From contig CAVSGO010000007.1 in the NCBI GenBank assembly GCA_963727525.1, forward strand, positions 2,301,902 through 2,365,901: a stretch of 64,000 nucleotides of DNA, written 5' to 3'. This DNA is from an uncultured bacterium. GTDB lineage: Bacteria; Krumholzibacteriota; Krumholzibacteriia; LZORAL124-64-63. The notes under the pieces were generated by a model that worked only from the letters and a program-made list of their open reading frames with translations, made no database searches and was not told the origin of the DNA. Positions 1-10,184 of the stretch are shown piece after piece. Position 1 is the first letter of the stretch. The number at the start of each line of letters is the position of its first letter. Both the position numbers and the translations under genes were made by a program.

Positions 1-2240
1 CCGTCCCAGATGACGCGGTGCGAGCCGGCGTCCAGGCCCGACCGATCGAAACGGCGCACCCGCGCGCCGCGCACGTCGAAGACGTCGATGGTGACGTTGG
101 CTGGCGCGGGCAGATCGAAGGCGAGGACCGTCGAACCCGCGAAGGGATTCGGCCACGCCGGCCGCATGGCGGTACGCGTCACCCCGGCGGGTTCGGGGGT
201 TGCAGTACTCGAAGACCCAGGATGCCAGACCGCGATGTGCGACGAGCCGGTCAGGCCCGCCTGCACGAACTCGCCCCCGACCCAGAGCTGCCCGTCCTGC
301 GCGTCCAGCGCGTGACCTCGGTTGTCGAGACCCGAGCCGAGCGCCTGCCAGGCAATGCCATCCCAGCGCGCGATACGGCTGACCGGCTGCCCCTCGGCCT
401 GAGCGAATTGGCCGGTCGCGTAGACGTCTGCACCGATCGACGCGATGTCGTCCACCGTGGTGATGATACCACCGCCAACTGCGTGCCAGTCGGTGCCGTC
501 CCACATCGCGACGTGACTGGCGGGCAAGCCGCCGGCCTGACTGAAGGTCCCCCCCACGTAGAGCAGGCCGCCGACCTCGTGGATCGCATAGACGGCGCCG
601 TTGGTGCCGGAGCCCAGCGGCTGCCACGCGTTGCCGTCCCAACGGGCGATGTTGTTGACCACGACGCCGTCGACGGTGGTGAAGCTGCCGCCCATCACCG
701 GATCGCCCTGGTACGAGCCGAGGCTGTAGAGGATCTGCACGCCGCCGACGACACTCGTGCCCAGGGGATCGAAGTCGCTGCCGTTCCAACGGCCGAGCGT
801 GTACTGTCCGTTCCACCGACCGTTGGCATACAACACGCCGCCCAGCGCGACCACGCCGCTGACGCTCGACAGCTGCGAGCCCGTCCCCATCGCGCTCCAT
901 TGCGACCCGTCCCACCGTGCGATGTTGGAGACGGTCACGCCGCCGGCGGTGGCGAAGGAGCCGCCGACGACGAGGTCGTCCTCGAAGGTCGCCATGGCGC
1001 CGACGAAGTTGATATTGCCGCGGGGAATGCCGCTGCCCATCGGTTGCCAGGCGGCGCCATCCCAGGACGCGATCACGCCGGTCACGTTGCCGACGCGGGC
1101 GAAACCGCCACCGACGACCTCGGTGCCGTTCCAGTCGTGGAAACACTCCACCGTGCCGCTGGCGCCCTGACCCGAAGCAATGGGCGACCAGGTGCCGTCG
1201 TAGCGCGCGAGGCCCGGCATCCAGGCGCCTCCGATCGTACTGAATTCACCACCGGCGATCAGATCGCCCTCCCGCTCGACGAAGGTGTACGCCCCGCCGC
1301 CGGTAATGCCGATGGTGTTCCAGAAGATGCCGTTCCAGAGGTTGATGTTTCCCCAGGCGTCACCGGCCACGACATCGCTGCCCAGGGTGCCCAATGCGAG
1401 GGCCTCGCCGCCGAACGACGGCTCGCCCAGCGCGCTGAACGACGAGCCGTTCCAGGCCACGACGCCGTCGGTCACAACGCTACCGGCGCGCGCGAAGTAG
1501 CCGCCGACGATGAGCGAGCCGCCCGACACGGCCAGCGCGCTGCCATAGGCGTTGTCGATGTCGCCACTGTCGTCGCTCAGACCGCCGCCCACGCTGGACC
1601 AGGCACTGCCGTTCCAGCGCGCGAGGTTGCCGGCGACCACGCCGTCGACGATGTCGAACTCGCCGCACACGTAGAGCGAGCCGCCGTAGCTCGCGACGTC
1701 GGCGACATCGCCGTTGGTGCCGTCGTTCATGCCGTTCCAGCTGGTGCCGTTCCAGATGGCGACACCACCGGCCGTGACCGCGCCGCCGCCAACGCTCGAG
1801 AAAAAGCCGCCCACGGCGAGGTCGGCGTTCCAGACCGATAAGCTCGACACGCTGCCACCGACCCCGCCGCCCACGTCGACCCACTGCGCGCCATCCCAGC
1901 GCGCCAGGCCGCCAGTGATTTCGCCGCCGGCATAAAGTTCGTTGTTCCAGACGACGAGAGCAGACACGTCCGCATCGAAGCCGTCGCCCATCGCGTTCCA
2001 CTGGGTCCCATCCCAGCGGGCAACGTTGCCTACCGCGAGGTCGCCCACGGCCGTGAATGCACCGCCGATCACGAGGTCGCCGTCGAAGACGGTGGACGCC
2101 GCGAGATTGCCGGTCACGCCAGGCGCACCGAAGCGCGTGTCCCAGTTCTCGTCGCCGGGAACGGCGAGGGCGAGTTGACAGGCGAGGCAAATCAGCGCAA
2201 CGAACGTGAGAAGCGGGAACTGCCAGCGACCGTGGGCCAT
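1..2240 (-). CDS. Secreted beta-propeller repeat protein (WDG/WNG repeats) with C-terminal FlgD-Ig/T9SS-like tail; runs off the left edge
   Basis: Translated by hand; absent from the ORF track because there is no stop in the window. ATG at 2240 after AGGAG; signal peptide MAHGRWQFPLLTFVALICLACQLALA; repeated GG-F...IARWDG units; ends AWPNPFAGSTVLAFDLPAPANVTIDVFDVRGARVR...WDG. Confidence 0.85.
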   Translation of the reverse strand, partial: MAHGRWQFPLLTFVALICLACQLALAVPGDENWDTRFGAPGVTGNLAASTVFDGDLVIGGAFTAVGDLAVGNVARWDGTQWNAMGDGFDADVSALVVWNNELYAGGEITGGLARWDGAQWVDVGGGVGGSVSSLSVWNADLAVGGFFSSVGGGAVTAGGVAIWNGTSWNGMNDGTNGDVADVASYGGSLYVCGEFDIVDGVVAGNLARWNGSAWSSVGGGLSDDSGDIDNAYGSALAVSGGSLIVGGYFARAGSVVTDGVVAWNGSSFSALGEPSFGGEALALGTLGSDVVAGDAWGNINLWNGIFWNTIGITGGGAYTFVEREGDLIAGGEFSTIGGAWMPGLARYDGTWSPIASGQGASGTVECFHDWNGTEVVGGGFARVGNVTGVIASWDGAAWQPMGSGIPRGNINFVGAMATFEDDLVVGGSFATAGGVTVSNIARWDGSQWSAMGTGSQLSSVSGVVALGGVLYANGRWNGQYTLGRWNGSDFDPLGTSVVGGVQILYSLGSYQGDPVMGGSFTTVDGVVVNNIARWDGNAWQPLGSGTNGAVYAIHEVGGLLYVGGTFSQAGGLPASHVAMWDGTDWHAVGGGIITTVDDIASIGADVYATGQFAQAEGQPVSRIARWDGIAWQALGSGLDNRGHALDAQDGQLWVGGEFVQAGLTGSSHIAVWHPGSSSTATPEPAGVTRTAMRPAWPNPFAGSTVLAFDLPAPANVTIDVFDVRGARVRRFDRSGLDAGSHRVIWD

Positions 2241-2430
2241 GTTGGTGACTCCTAGTGGATGTTGTGACGAGCCGAGTCGAGGGTCTCTGATAATACAAGA
2301 GTCAGAACGTCTGATCTAGTCGAAACAAATTTCCTTACCAATTTTCATCGCGACGATGAGGGAGCACCAATGCTAGGAACTTCATTAATCAACAATGGAG
2401 AGCATGGTCGAGCAGCGGGGGATAGAGTTA

Positions 2431-2721
2431 GGGTTGGGGACAAATCGGCCACGTGTTGAAACCCGGCACCGCCATTGCGCCGACTCGCTGACTCGATTCC
2501 ACCACGTGTTTACCGCGCGCATGCGCAAGGATAACCCCTAGATTTCTCCACACGCCCACCACCGTCAGATCGCTTCGCCGTTCAACGATAGCGATTGCGT
2601 GGTTCCGCGCCGGACACGGCCCCACCCCCTACAGGCCAAATGTCAGGCCCCGCCGCAGCGGGTATTGCGTCGGGCGCACGTCGTAGATACGAGCGAGCAG
2701 CAGCGTCCAGCTGCGGGACGC
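2431..2721 (-). mobile_element. Degenerate IS91/ISCR-like remnant: transposase C-terminal fragment plus oriIS-proximal end
   Basis: 2654-2721 (-) reads ASRSWTLLLARIYDVRP, matching ASRSWAMLLARIYDARP of the copies at 38.4 and 41.3 kb; 2431-2548 aligns by eye with the repeats at 15708 and 33188. Confidence 0.7.
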
Positions 2722-2840
2722 GTTGTGGCACGGCAGGGGCCGGCGGAACCGGCCGATTTGCAACCCCGGCGCCTATACCCCGTATTGGGCGGACTGCGGT
2801 CGCCTGCCGTGCGGACTCACACTGCTCCTGGAGCCGAGTC

Positions 2841-3419
2841 ATGATGCGATTCTCTCTACTTATCGCCCTTTCGTTGTGCCTGTTGCTGACGGGCGGGGCC
2901 GCTGGCGTACCGGCTCAGAGCGAGATTCCCGCCGCTGAGGCGCTCGACACCGCCGTGAGTAAGTTCACGCTGCAGGGCGACCGGCTGATCCTGACCCACA
3001 GTCACGCTCGGGCGGTCGACCGCGAAGCCGGCCCATCGGCGCTGCAGTCTTTCGATCAAGCGATCGTCTCGGTTGACGGCGTATTGACATTCAATGGTTC
3101 CGAGGTCTCCACCGACAAGCGCGACCGCAAGCTCCTGCGAAAGTTCTACCGGGAGGTGCGCGAACTCGATCGTGTGAACACCGACTTCTCAGCCGAAGTC
3201 GAGTTGGTCGTCAAGGCCAGCGTTGGCGACCGCGCTGAGGCCAACAAGGGTGGAGCTGCCGACGACAACCTGGCCGACCGCGTGGCCAGCGCAGTTGGGG
3301 GACTCGAGAAATCGGCCCACCGGATCGAGGCCCAGGGCGAGCGCGTCATGAAGATCGCAGCTGAACTGAAAGAGCGAATCCCGGCCCTGACCGATTTCGG
3401 CTGGAACCTGGATGACTGA
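2841..3419 (+). CDS. Secreted helical protein, possibly DUF2884/YggN-like
   Basis: Signal peptide MMRFSLLIALSLCLLL; segment VDGVLTFNGSEV...RKLLRKFY followed by a helical C-terminus. Confidence 0.55.
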   Translation: MMRFSLLIALSLCLLLTGGAAGVPAQSEIPAAEALDTAVSKFTLQGDRLILTHSHARAVDREAGPSALQSFDQAIVSVDGVLTFNGSEVSTDKRDRKLLRKFYREVRELDRVNTDFSAEVELVVKASVGDRAEANKGGAADDNLADRVASAVGGLEKSAHRIEAQGERVMKIAAELKERIPALTDFGWNLDD

Positions 3420-3724
3420 GTTCACGGGCAAATTTCCTATTCCCGCCAGTCTATCCTTACCATCTTTCCCGCCAGGTCAAGAGGCTAGGCATCATGGGGG
3501 CCTGGCGTCCTCACTCCACAAACCAACCACCGCTCTCTCTCAGTTCGAAGACGGATTGGCGTTCTCCGCTGACGTTGGTTAAGATCCGGACTGCCCAACT
3601 CTTGCCGATCATCGCTACACCCTACCGTTTCGCAAACAAGCGTCAGTTCTGGGCCTGCTGTGGTCCGGGTATTCTCACGCGCAGCTCGTCGGATCGGGTG
3701 CGCACCCAGAGTGGCGAGCGGGTC

Positions 3725-4024
3725 ATGCTCCCGTTGAGCGACACCCAGTCGGGCACGGCGACCTCGCCGCTGGGATAGTTGCCGCGGACGATATTCACGT
3801 ACGCATCGGTCGGGTCGGTCGTCGGTGGCGGTGAAGGCGGTCCAGAGGAAGTCGTAGCTGACGGAGGTGTGGTTGTCGATGATCACATGCAGCGCCGCGT
3901 CCAGCGGCTCACCCTGCAGCTCGGCCGCGCTGGCGTCGTACCCCGGCGGCGGTGGGAAGTCGTAGGAGGTGAACGTGTCCACCGCGGTGGCGATGGGGTT
4001 GCCATAGATGTCGGCGACGACGTC
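3725..4024 (-). pseudogene. Endonuclease I / Bsn-like extracellular nuclease fragment with internal deletion
   Basis: PPPGYDASAAELQGEPLDAALHVIIDNHTSVSYDFLWTAFTATDDRPD joins out of frame to PTDAYVNIVRGNYPSGEVAVPDWVSLNGS; the intervening NREH catalytic segment is missing. Confidence 0.7.
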
Positions 4025-4246
4025 ACCCGCACCTACACCGTGGTCCTTTCAGAACCGACCCACCTCAGCGCCCGACGCCCATTCACCGACATGGAGACGA
4101 CGACGCCGGCGCCGTGTGTCCGGACATCGGCTCGACGTCGCCCGACGGGAACTTTGACTCCCGGCCCATGTTGACGATATTCTATCAATAGCCATCGGGT
4201 CGCCGATGGGGACTTCAATCGAAACCCGGACGGTCCGACTTTCGCC

Positions 4247-4651
4247 ATGCCGAGCCTACGTATCATCCTCGCCGTTCTCGGCCTTGCCATCATGGGAGCA
4301 GGAACGCAGTCCTCTCCTGTCAGCGGCCCCGGTCGACTTGCCTCGGCCCGGGTCGTGAACACCCCGGCTGTCCCGGTCGCCGAAGGTCGCCCCTGCCACG
4401 CGTGTCGGCGAAGCGCCGGGAACGGCGAACGCCGTACCTGCCCCAGTAGGCCCGCGTCTCCTTGCGGCCCGGAGACGCCATGCCCGCAGTGGCAACCGTG
4501 CGCAAGTGGTGGCGTGTTTCTGGCGCCGGCGACCTTCCAGTTCGTACTCCCTCAGATGCGCGGCAGGGTCCAGCCGGTGGTCCACCGCCCCAACGAGATC
4601 ACATTGACCCCACCTGTGCCTCCCCCGCGCGGCCCTGTCCTTTCCTGTTGA
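4247..4651 (+). CDS. Cys-rich small protein / candidate DUF2946 (CutF/CruR)-like leader peptide
   Basis: Hydrophobic N-terminus, CHAC motif plus further Cys, Pro-rich C-terminus TPPVPPPRGP; 47 bp upstream of the next gene. Confidence 0.55.
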   Translation: MPSLRIILAVLGLAIMGAGTQSSPVSGPGRLASARVVNTPAVPVAEGRPCHACRRSAGNGERRTCPSRPASPCGPETPCPQWQPCASGGVFLAPATFQFVLPQMRGRVQPVVHRPNEITLTPPVPPPRGPVLSC

Positions 4652-4698
4652 CGGTTCCTGTGTCATCGAGGTGTATCTCTACAAGAAGGGACGAGACG

Positions 4699-5199
4699 AT
4701 GAAAACCATGCATCGCCTGACAGTTGTCGCCGTTATATTGACGGTCGTGATGATCGTGGCCGGACTGACCCTGGCCGCCGACAAGCCGGCCAAGGAGACC
4801 ACGGACAAGCCTGCATGCAGTGCTAGCTGCACCGCCACCTGTCCGGGGGCGACTGCCGCGAGCGACGCCCCGACCGCCGCAGCCGAGGCGCAGCCCACCA
4901 AAGCGACCGACGCCCCTGCGGCCACCGCAGCGGCGGATCCTCCCACCTGTCCTGCCCAGCAGGATGGGATGTGCTCACCTGAGCACCGCTCGCAGATGCA
5001 GAAGGACGGGACGTGCTCCGCCGAGCATTGTGCGCAGATGCAGAAGGACGGCACGTGTGCGGCCGAGCACTGCACGCAGATGCAGAAGGATGGGAAGGGC
5101 ACGGCCGAGCATTGCGCACAGATGAAAACAGATGGCAAGTGCTCGGCCGAGCACTGCGCACAGATGAAGCAAAACGGCGAGGTGTCCGGCGCGAAGTAG
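4699..5199 (+). CDS. Secreted Cys/His/Met-rich tandem-repeat protein, putative metal-binding
   Basis: RBS AGAAGGG, signal peptide, CxxxCxxxC, Ala-rich linker, five 14-aa repeats DGxCSAEHCAQMQK. Confidence 0.75.
   Translation: MKTMHRLTVVAVILTVVMIVAGLTLAADKPAKETTDKPACSASCTATCPGATAASDAPTAAAEAQPTKATDAPAATAAADPPTCPAQQDGMCSPEHRSQMQKDGTCSAEHCAQMQKDGTCAAEHCTQMQKDGKGTAEHCAQMKTDGKCSAEHCAQMKQNGEVSGAK
4963..5172 (+). repeat. 42-bp tandem repeat, five degenerate coding copies
   Basis: Units like gacgggacgtgctccgccgagcattgtgcgcagatgcagaag. Confidence 0.9.
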
Positions 5200-5225
5200 A
5201 CCAGCCCGGAATCTTCCCTCGACAC

Positions 5226-5256
5226 AGGGCGCCCTCCATTCGGGGGGCGTCCTTTT
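5226..5256 (+). terminator. Rho-independent terminator
   Basis: agggcgccctcc-attc-ggggggcgtcct followed by a T run, just after the 5199 stop. Confidence 0.75.
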
Positions 5257-5635
5257 CGCGCTCCGGCTCATGACGTCGGCGGCCAACGTCGACGAGTACC
5301 ACCTGCCCGCCGCCTTCGCGACCCGCATCGCCGCAAGCTGGCGCGTCGGACTATCGCGTGAGCGCGGGCGGTCCGAGATTGCAGCGAGTTCCTCGTGTGC
5401 GGGAGCGGTGCCTCGCGCGGTGGGTGCATGGAACGATGCCCGCAAATAGGCGTCTGGATGTTGGACGGTCGCGCGGTCAATAGTGATTCAGCGAATGAAA
5501 CAATTCTGAACGACATCTTCCGCGTCCGGAGCGATCCGCGCGACTATCCGGACCAGGACACGGGTTGCACCCCGGAACTGGTGGCTGACCCGTGTCGCTG
5601 GTCCGGATTTGCCTGTCTGACGGCCTACGCAGCCG

Positions 5636-8600
5636 TCATTTCACGAGCTGCAGCTTGCGCACCGTGGTGTAGCCCGGAGCGATGAGCCGCGCCAGGTAGG
5701 TGCCGCTGGCGACGCCGTCGCCGCCGTCACTGTGCCCGTCCCACACCGCCTCATGTCGGCCGGCGGGCAGATCCTCGCTGAGCAGGCGGCGGACCAGCCG
5801 ACCGCGCAGATCGAAGATCTCGAGCCGGACGCGACCCGCGAGCGCCAGATCGAAGGCGATTCGCGTGCTCGGATTGAACGGGTTGGGAGAGATGCCGCGC
5901 AACGCCGTCACCGTCGGGGTGTCCACCGTGGGCACCGGCGTGGACACCTCGTCGAAGGTCAGCTCGTAATGCGCGCCATTCGCGCCATCGGCCGCGCCGA
6001 CCCTCCAGACAGCCAGGCAGTAGTAGCCGGTCTGGGGGACGTCGACGATCATCGTCTCGTCGGCACCGGCGCCGGCGATCCAGACCTGACCGACGATGCC
6101 GGCCGAGGCCGACTTGGCATGGAAAGGCAGCTGGCCGCGATGCAGCGTCAGACCCCAGTCGACGGGCGCGTTGTCGGTCTGGTGCAGCGTGATCTCCCGC
6201 AGGCCCGCCTGCAGCCAGATCTCGTGCAGGGCGATGGTCTTGCCCACGGTGAGGCCGAAGGAGCCGTAGGTCCCCGCCGGATCGGTGTCCAGCCAGTGCG
6301 AGGATACCGTCTGCGCGCTGTAGTCCTCGGTGCCGGAGAGACCAAGCACGCCGACGTCGAACTGTCGCGGCGACGTCGCCCGGAAGTTCACCAGCAGGTA
6401 GTCGGACTCCCCCGGACCCCACACCGACACCGCCTGGGCGATGGTGAAGCCATTCAGCACCGAGTCGATCTTCTCGTGCAGGCGCAGGTCGACGTCGCTG
6501 GTGTCGCCCGGCATCGCCGCGACGGCGAGCCACTGCGCCTCGTCGCCCGCCGGCGCGGGTACGGGGGTGCGCAGCCCGTCGCAATTGTACCAGGTCGGAT
6601 CCGTGTTCCAGGCCCAGACTGCCGGGAAGCCGCCCGTGGGATCGGGCGGGGCCGGGCGCACGATCGCCGCGGAGGCGGCCAGGGCCAGCGGCGACCAGAC
6701 GTACTGCTTGCCCATGGCGTTGTTCGTCTCGTCGCCCTCGACCACGGTGTTGCCCGAGTCCGGGAACATGGAAAGCGTGTGGCGGCCGCCGCTCACGGTC
6801 TGCGGGTAGGGGTAGTTGCGGATGCGGTCGGTGAAGCCGGCGAGCTGGCTGATCTGCTCGCCCAGTAGCGTCGAGCCGTCCAGGTAGGTCATGCTGTCGA
6901 AGAAGCTGGCCGCGCCAGCGTCCTGGTTGCGGAACTGGACGTTGATGTAGGTGGTCGCGGCACCGCCGACGAGGCCAAACGGCAGCGGCGTCGACGTCGG
7001 GGTGCCCGGTGCGCCGCTGGTCGGCACCAGGGGGGCGTACCAGCCGCCGCTGGTCAGCGGCACGAGGTCGGCCGGCCGCGTACGGGCGTACACCGTCGCC
7101 AGGAAGTGGCCCGACTGGCCCGCCGGGATGTCCCGCGGGTCCTGCCAGACGATCAGGCCCTGGGTGGCGCCGCCGTAGGTGAAGTCGATCTTGGCGAAGC
7201 CCGTGGCGTCGGTGACCGTGAGATTGTCCTCGTCGTCGAGGCCGGCATGGACGACACCGGCGTGCATGACCTTCATGCGCACCGGTCCGACTATCGGGTC
7301 GACCTGCATCGTCACCGTGCCGTAGTTGGTGCCGCCACCGCCGGGCAGCGTGAAGTGCCGCAGCGCGAGCGGCTCGTTCGGGCTGACCAGCACGCTGACA
7401 TCACTGTCGGTGGCCAGCGAGGTGCTGGCGATGCGGCGAATCTGGAAGCCGTAGCCGTCGAAGGCGAAGTTGATGACCCCGACGTCCATGACCGACTCGG
7501 TGGTCTGACTGTTGTTGGAGAAGACGGCTTCGACGCAGCCGGCCGGCCGGTAGGTGGCGGCCTCGGTGTCGAAGTAGCCGAAACCGCTGGTCGGACTGCT
7601 GAGGTGGGTGTGCAGCCGCAGGTCGAAGTCGGAGGCGTCGTCGTCGGCGACCATGACCGCACCGACGAAGGTGTCGGAACCGAGTCCATAGGCGAAGCCG
7701 TCGCAGTTCGGCGCCGAGAGCAGGCCATGGGTGAAGCCGCCCCAGGCGTCGGGCGGGCGCTGGCGCGTGGTCCAGCTGCCGTTGCTCTGTAGCGTGAACG
7801 GATACCAGACGAACTGCCGCGAGTAGATGTTGTCCTCCTCGTCCGCCTCGGGCATCTGTTCGTAGGCGTCGGCCCACATCTTGAGCGCGTGGCGGCCGCC
7901 GCGGACCGCCCACGGGCCCACGTTCAGGAAGGCCCGGTCCACGAAGCCCTCGAGGGGATAGATGGTCGTGTACCAGGCCAGCGCTCCGTCCTCCCAGAAG
8001 TTGAGGCGCAGGTTCGGGCTGGTGGTCAGCTCGCCCGTGTTTTTGACGCGGATGTTGAAGTAGGTGTCGCCGTTGCCGAGGAGCACCACGGGCAGGGGCG
8101 CCGAGACGGCCGTGGCGTCGCCGGTCAGGCGCGGCACGATGGGATAGGGCCAGGTGCCGGCGTTGGCCTCGATGTCGGCCGCGATGTAGGCGCGGATGGT
8201 GACCGGGCCGAAGGCGGTGTCGGCACCGCCGTTGCCGGCGCGGTCGACGGCGCGCACCGTGAACCAGTACACGCCGGGGGCGAGGTCGTCGGAGGTCCAG
8301 CTCGTGGCCGTCGTCTCGACCACCGTGTCCGGCGTCTGGGGCGCGTTGGCGCTCACGCGCACACTGTAGCCGGCGACGCCGGAAAAGGCGTCCCAGGACG
8401 CGTTCCAGACGAGGTCCACGGTACCGTCGGGCGAATCGCCGGAGGTGACGTGGCTGGTCGAGGTCAGACCGCTGAGCGCCGACGGTGGGTCGTTGTCGAG
8501 GTTCGTGAAACGCGCGTTGGTCGCCGCCATCCAGACCGCGTCCGCCGACTCCGGGTAACGGTCGCGCAGGTCTCTGATGAGCTGGCGGGAGGTGACCGGG

Positions 8601-10171
8601 TCATCGCCGGCCTGGGTCATGAGCACGCGTTGCGCCGACCAGGTGACGGCGTCCTGGCCGCCGGGCAGGCCGTTGGGGTCCGTCTCGTTGGCGCTGTCGA
8701 CGATGTCCTGCAGGAAGGCGGCGATCATGCCCTCGGTGAGGTCGGCGTTGTCGAAGTCGTCGATGTGCTGCCAGTTGCACTGTAACACCGATTCGAAGTC
8801 GTAGTCGAAGATCGGCGAGAAGCCGTAGAGCGCCGGCCAGGTCGTGGTCATCGCGTTGGACATCCAGTCGGGGAAGCCCTCCTGGATGGCGTCGCCGCCG
8901 GTCTCCTCGCACCAGGGGCAGTGCCGGCAATCCTCGCCCGGCTCGTCGCAGCGGCCGCCCGCATTGCAGTAGTCCGAGCCGTTCGTCTCGGTGTAGAACC
9001 GCTGCCAGTGGTGTCCGTACTCGTGGCAAATGGTGCTCTCGTACCACTGCTTGAAGGCGGGGATGTAGATGGTCCCCCAGAACGGCGTGTAATGCGGCCA
9101 GTCGCCGTCAGGCCAGGAAATGGTCACCTGGTCGAGGCCGCCGTACCCGTTGTCGTTCATCCAGCGCCAGCCCCGCGTGGCCGAGGCCAGCAGGTTCAGC
9201 CCCGGGTAGTGGGACTCGGATCCCGGGTGGCGGGTCCCGAAGTTGATCACGTCGCCGGTGAAGTCGTCGCGAGTGGGCGTGTGCCAGGCGTAGGTGGTGT
9301 TCCAGACGCTCGGATAGACCAGGTCGATCTGGGAATTGGCGGCGAGGAACTCGACGTAGATGTCGGGATCCTCGGAACCATAGTACCAGAACGTGATGTC
9401 GTACCAGCCGTCGGGTCCGAGCGAGGTCTGCGCCAGCAGATCGTCCCATTCCCAGTCCTCGTCGTAGACGTTGATCGTGACGCCGTCGGCGCCCATCGTG
9501 CGGCCGTCGCCCTGGTAGTCGCCGCTCGAGTCGACGGAGTTCCGGTCGTAGATGAAGCGGCCGTGGACGCGGATGGTGCGCCCGGTGGTCGCGGGATCGG
9601 TCGGCGCCTTGCGGAGGTCGCGCACGTTGGCGCGGACGATGGCGGCTGGTTCGGGGCGCGCGTAGGCGTCGCTGGGGGTCACGGCGGGCCCCAGATCGCT
9701 ACCGACGATCAGCTCGGCGTCGGCTCCCCCGAGGGCGGAGTCCAGGCCTTGCGGCAGGAGACTGAAGCTCTGCACCGCCGAGCGGCCGCCGATCTGCAGC
9801 GAGATCTCGATGGGTTGTGACGGGTCGTTGCACATGAGCTGGACCGGATAGGTGACCGGCTGCAAGCCCTGCAGGTAGATGCTCTCCGGCAGCGGGAAGC
9901 TGACGATGTCCCAGGCGAGGCCGCCATCGGGCGTTTGGCTGGTGCGCAGTTCGGGCGCCGTGGCCAGGAGCGTGTTCGCGCTCGTGACCTCGAGATCGAA
10001 GTTGAAGGCCTGGCCCACCACGGGCAGGGCGCCGTCGGGTACGGTCAGGTGGATGCGCACGTCGGGGCCCACGTCGGCCAGGGCCGGCGCGGCGAGCGCC
10101 AGCGCCAGCGCCAGCGCCAGGACGAGGACGCCTGCCGGCGCGCGGTGGCGGCGGGATTGGGCGGTTCTCAT
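5636..10171 (-). CDS. Large secreted zinc metalloprotease-like protein (HExxH) with FN3, CARDB-like domains and FlgD-Ig tail
   Basis: RBS AAAGGAG, signal peptide, ICHEYGHHW, FN3-like YWFTVRAVDRAGN, CARDB-like E.DE.NN motifs, C-terminal SPNPFNPSTRIAFDL...WDG...VASGTY. Confidence 0.85.
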   Translation of the reverse strand: MRTAQSRRHRAPAGVLVLALALALALAAPALADVGPDVRIHLTVPDGALPVVGQAFNFDLEVTSANTLLATAPELRTSQTPDGGLAWDIVSFPLPESIYLQGLQPVTYPVQLMCNDPSQPIEISLQIGGRSAVQSFSLLPQGLDSALGGADAELIVGSDLGPAVTPSDAYARPEPAAIVRANVRDLRKAPTDPATTGRTIRVHGRFIYDRNSVDSSGDYQGDGRTMGADGVTINVYDEDWEWDDLLAQTSLGPDGWYDITFWYYGSEDPDIYVEFLAANSQIDLVYPSVWNTTYAWHTPTRDDFTGDVINFGTRHPGSESHYPGLNLLASATRGWRWMNDNGYGGLDQVTISWPDGDWPHYTPFWGTIYIPAFKQWYESTICHEYGHHWQRFYTETNGSDYCNAGGRCDEPGEDCRHCPWCEETGGDAIQEGFPDWMSNAMTTTWPALYGFSPIFDYDFESVLQCNWQHIDDFDNADLTEGMIAAFLQDIVDSANETDPNGLPGGQDAVTWSAQRVLMTQAGDDPVTSRQLIRDLRDRYPESADAVWMAATNARFTNLDNDPPSALSGLTSTSHVTSGDSPDGTVDLVWNASWDAFSGVAGYSVRVSANAPQTPDTVVETTATSWTSDDLAPGVYWFTVRAVDRAGNGGADTAFGPVTIRAYIAADIEANAGTWPYPIVPRLTGDATAVSAPLPVVLLGNGDTYFNIRVKNTGELTTSPNLRLNFWEDGALAWYTTIYPLEGFVDRAFLNVGPWAVRGGRHALKMWADAYEQMPEADEEDNIYSRQFVWYPFTLQSNGSWTTRQRPPDAWGGFTHGLLSAPNCDGFAYGLGSDTFVGAVMVADDDASDFDLRLHTHLSSPTSGFGYFDTEAATYRPAGCVEAVFSNNSQTTESVMDVGVINFAFDGYGFQIRRIASTSLATDSDVSVLVSPNEPLALRHFTLPGGGGTNYGTVTMQVDPIVGPVRMKVMHAGVVHAGLDDEDNLTVTDATGFAKIDFTYGGATQGLIVWQDPRDIPAGQSGHFLATVYARTRPADLVPLTSGGWYAPLVPTSGAPGTPTSTPLPFGLVGGAATTYINVQFRNQDAGAASFFDSMTYLDGSTLLGEQISQLAGFTDRIRNYPYPQTVSGGRHTLSMFPDSGNTVVEGDETNNAMGKQYVWSPLALAASAAIVRPAPPDPTGGFPAVWAWNTDPTWYNCDGLRTPVPAPAGDEAQWLAVAAMPGDTSDVDLRLHEKIDSVLNGFTIAQAVSVWGPGESDYLLVNFRATSPRQFDVGVLGLSGTEDYSAQTVSSHWLDTDPAGTYGSFGLTVGKTIALHEIWLQAGLREITLHQTDNAPVDWGLTLHRGQLPFHAKSASAGIVGQVWIAGAGADETMIVDVPQTGYYCLAVWRVGAADGANGAHYELTFDEVSTPVPTVDTPTVTALRGISPNPFNPSTRIAFDLALAGRVRLEIFDLRGRLVRRLLSEDLPAGRHEAVWDGHSDGGDGVASGTYLARLIAPGYTTVRKLQLVK

Positions 10172-10184
10172 GTCATGACTCCTT

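Noticed and set aside
18-1841. 607-aa plus-strand ORF and other long antisense ORFs (e.g. 17785..19221, 49069..51081, 62124..63251)
   Set aside because: Shadow ORFs of high-GC genes; the opposite strand carries the recognisable motifs, RBS and signal peptides
4963-5172. Possible CRISPR array
   Set aside because: Contiguous in-frame 42-bp coding repeats with no unique spacers and no cas genes
10095-10120. (AGCGCC)4 repeat as a phase-variation tract
   Set aside because: Hexamer encoding Leu-Ala in a signal peptide; slippage would keep the frame
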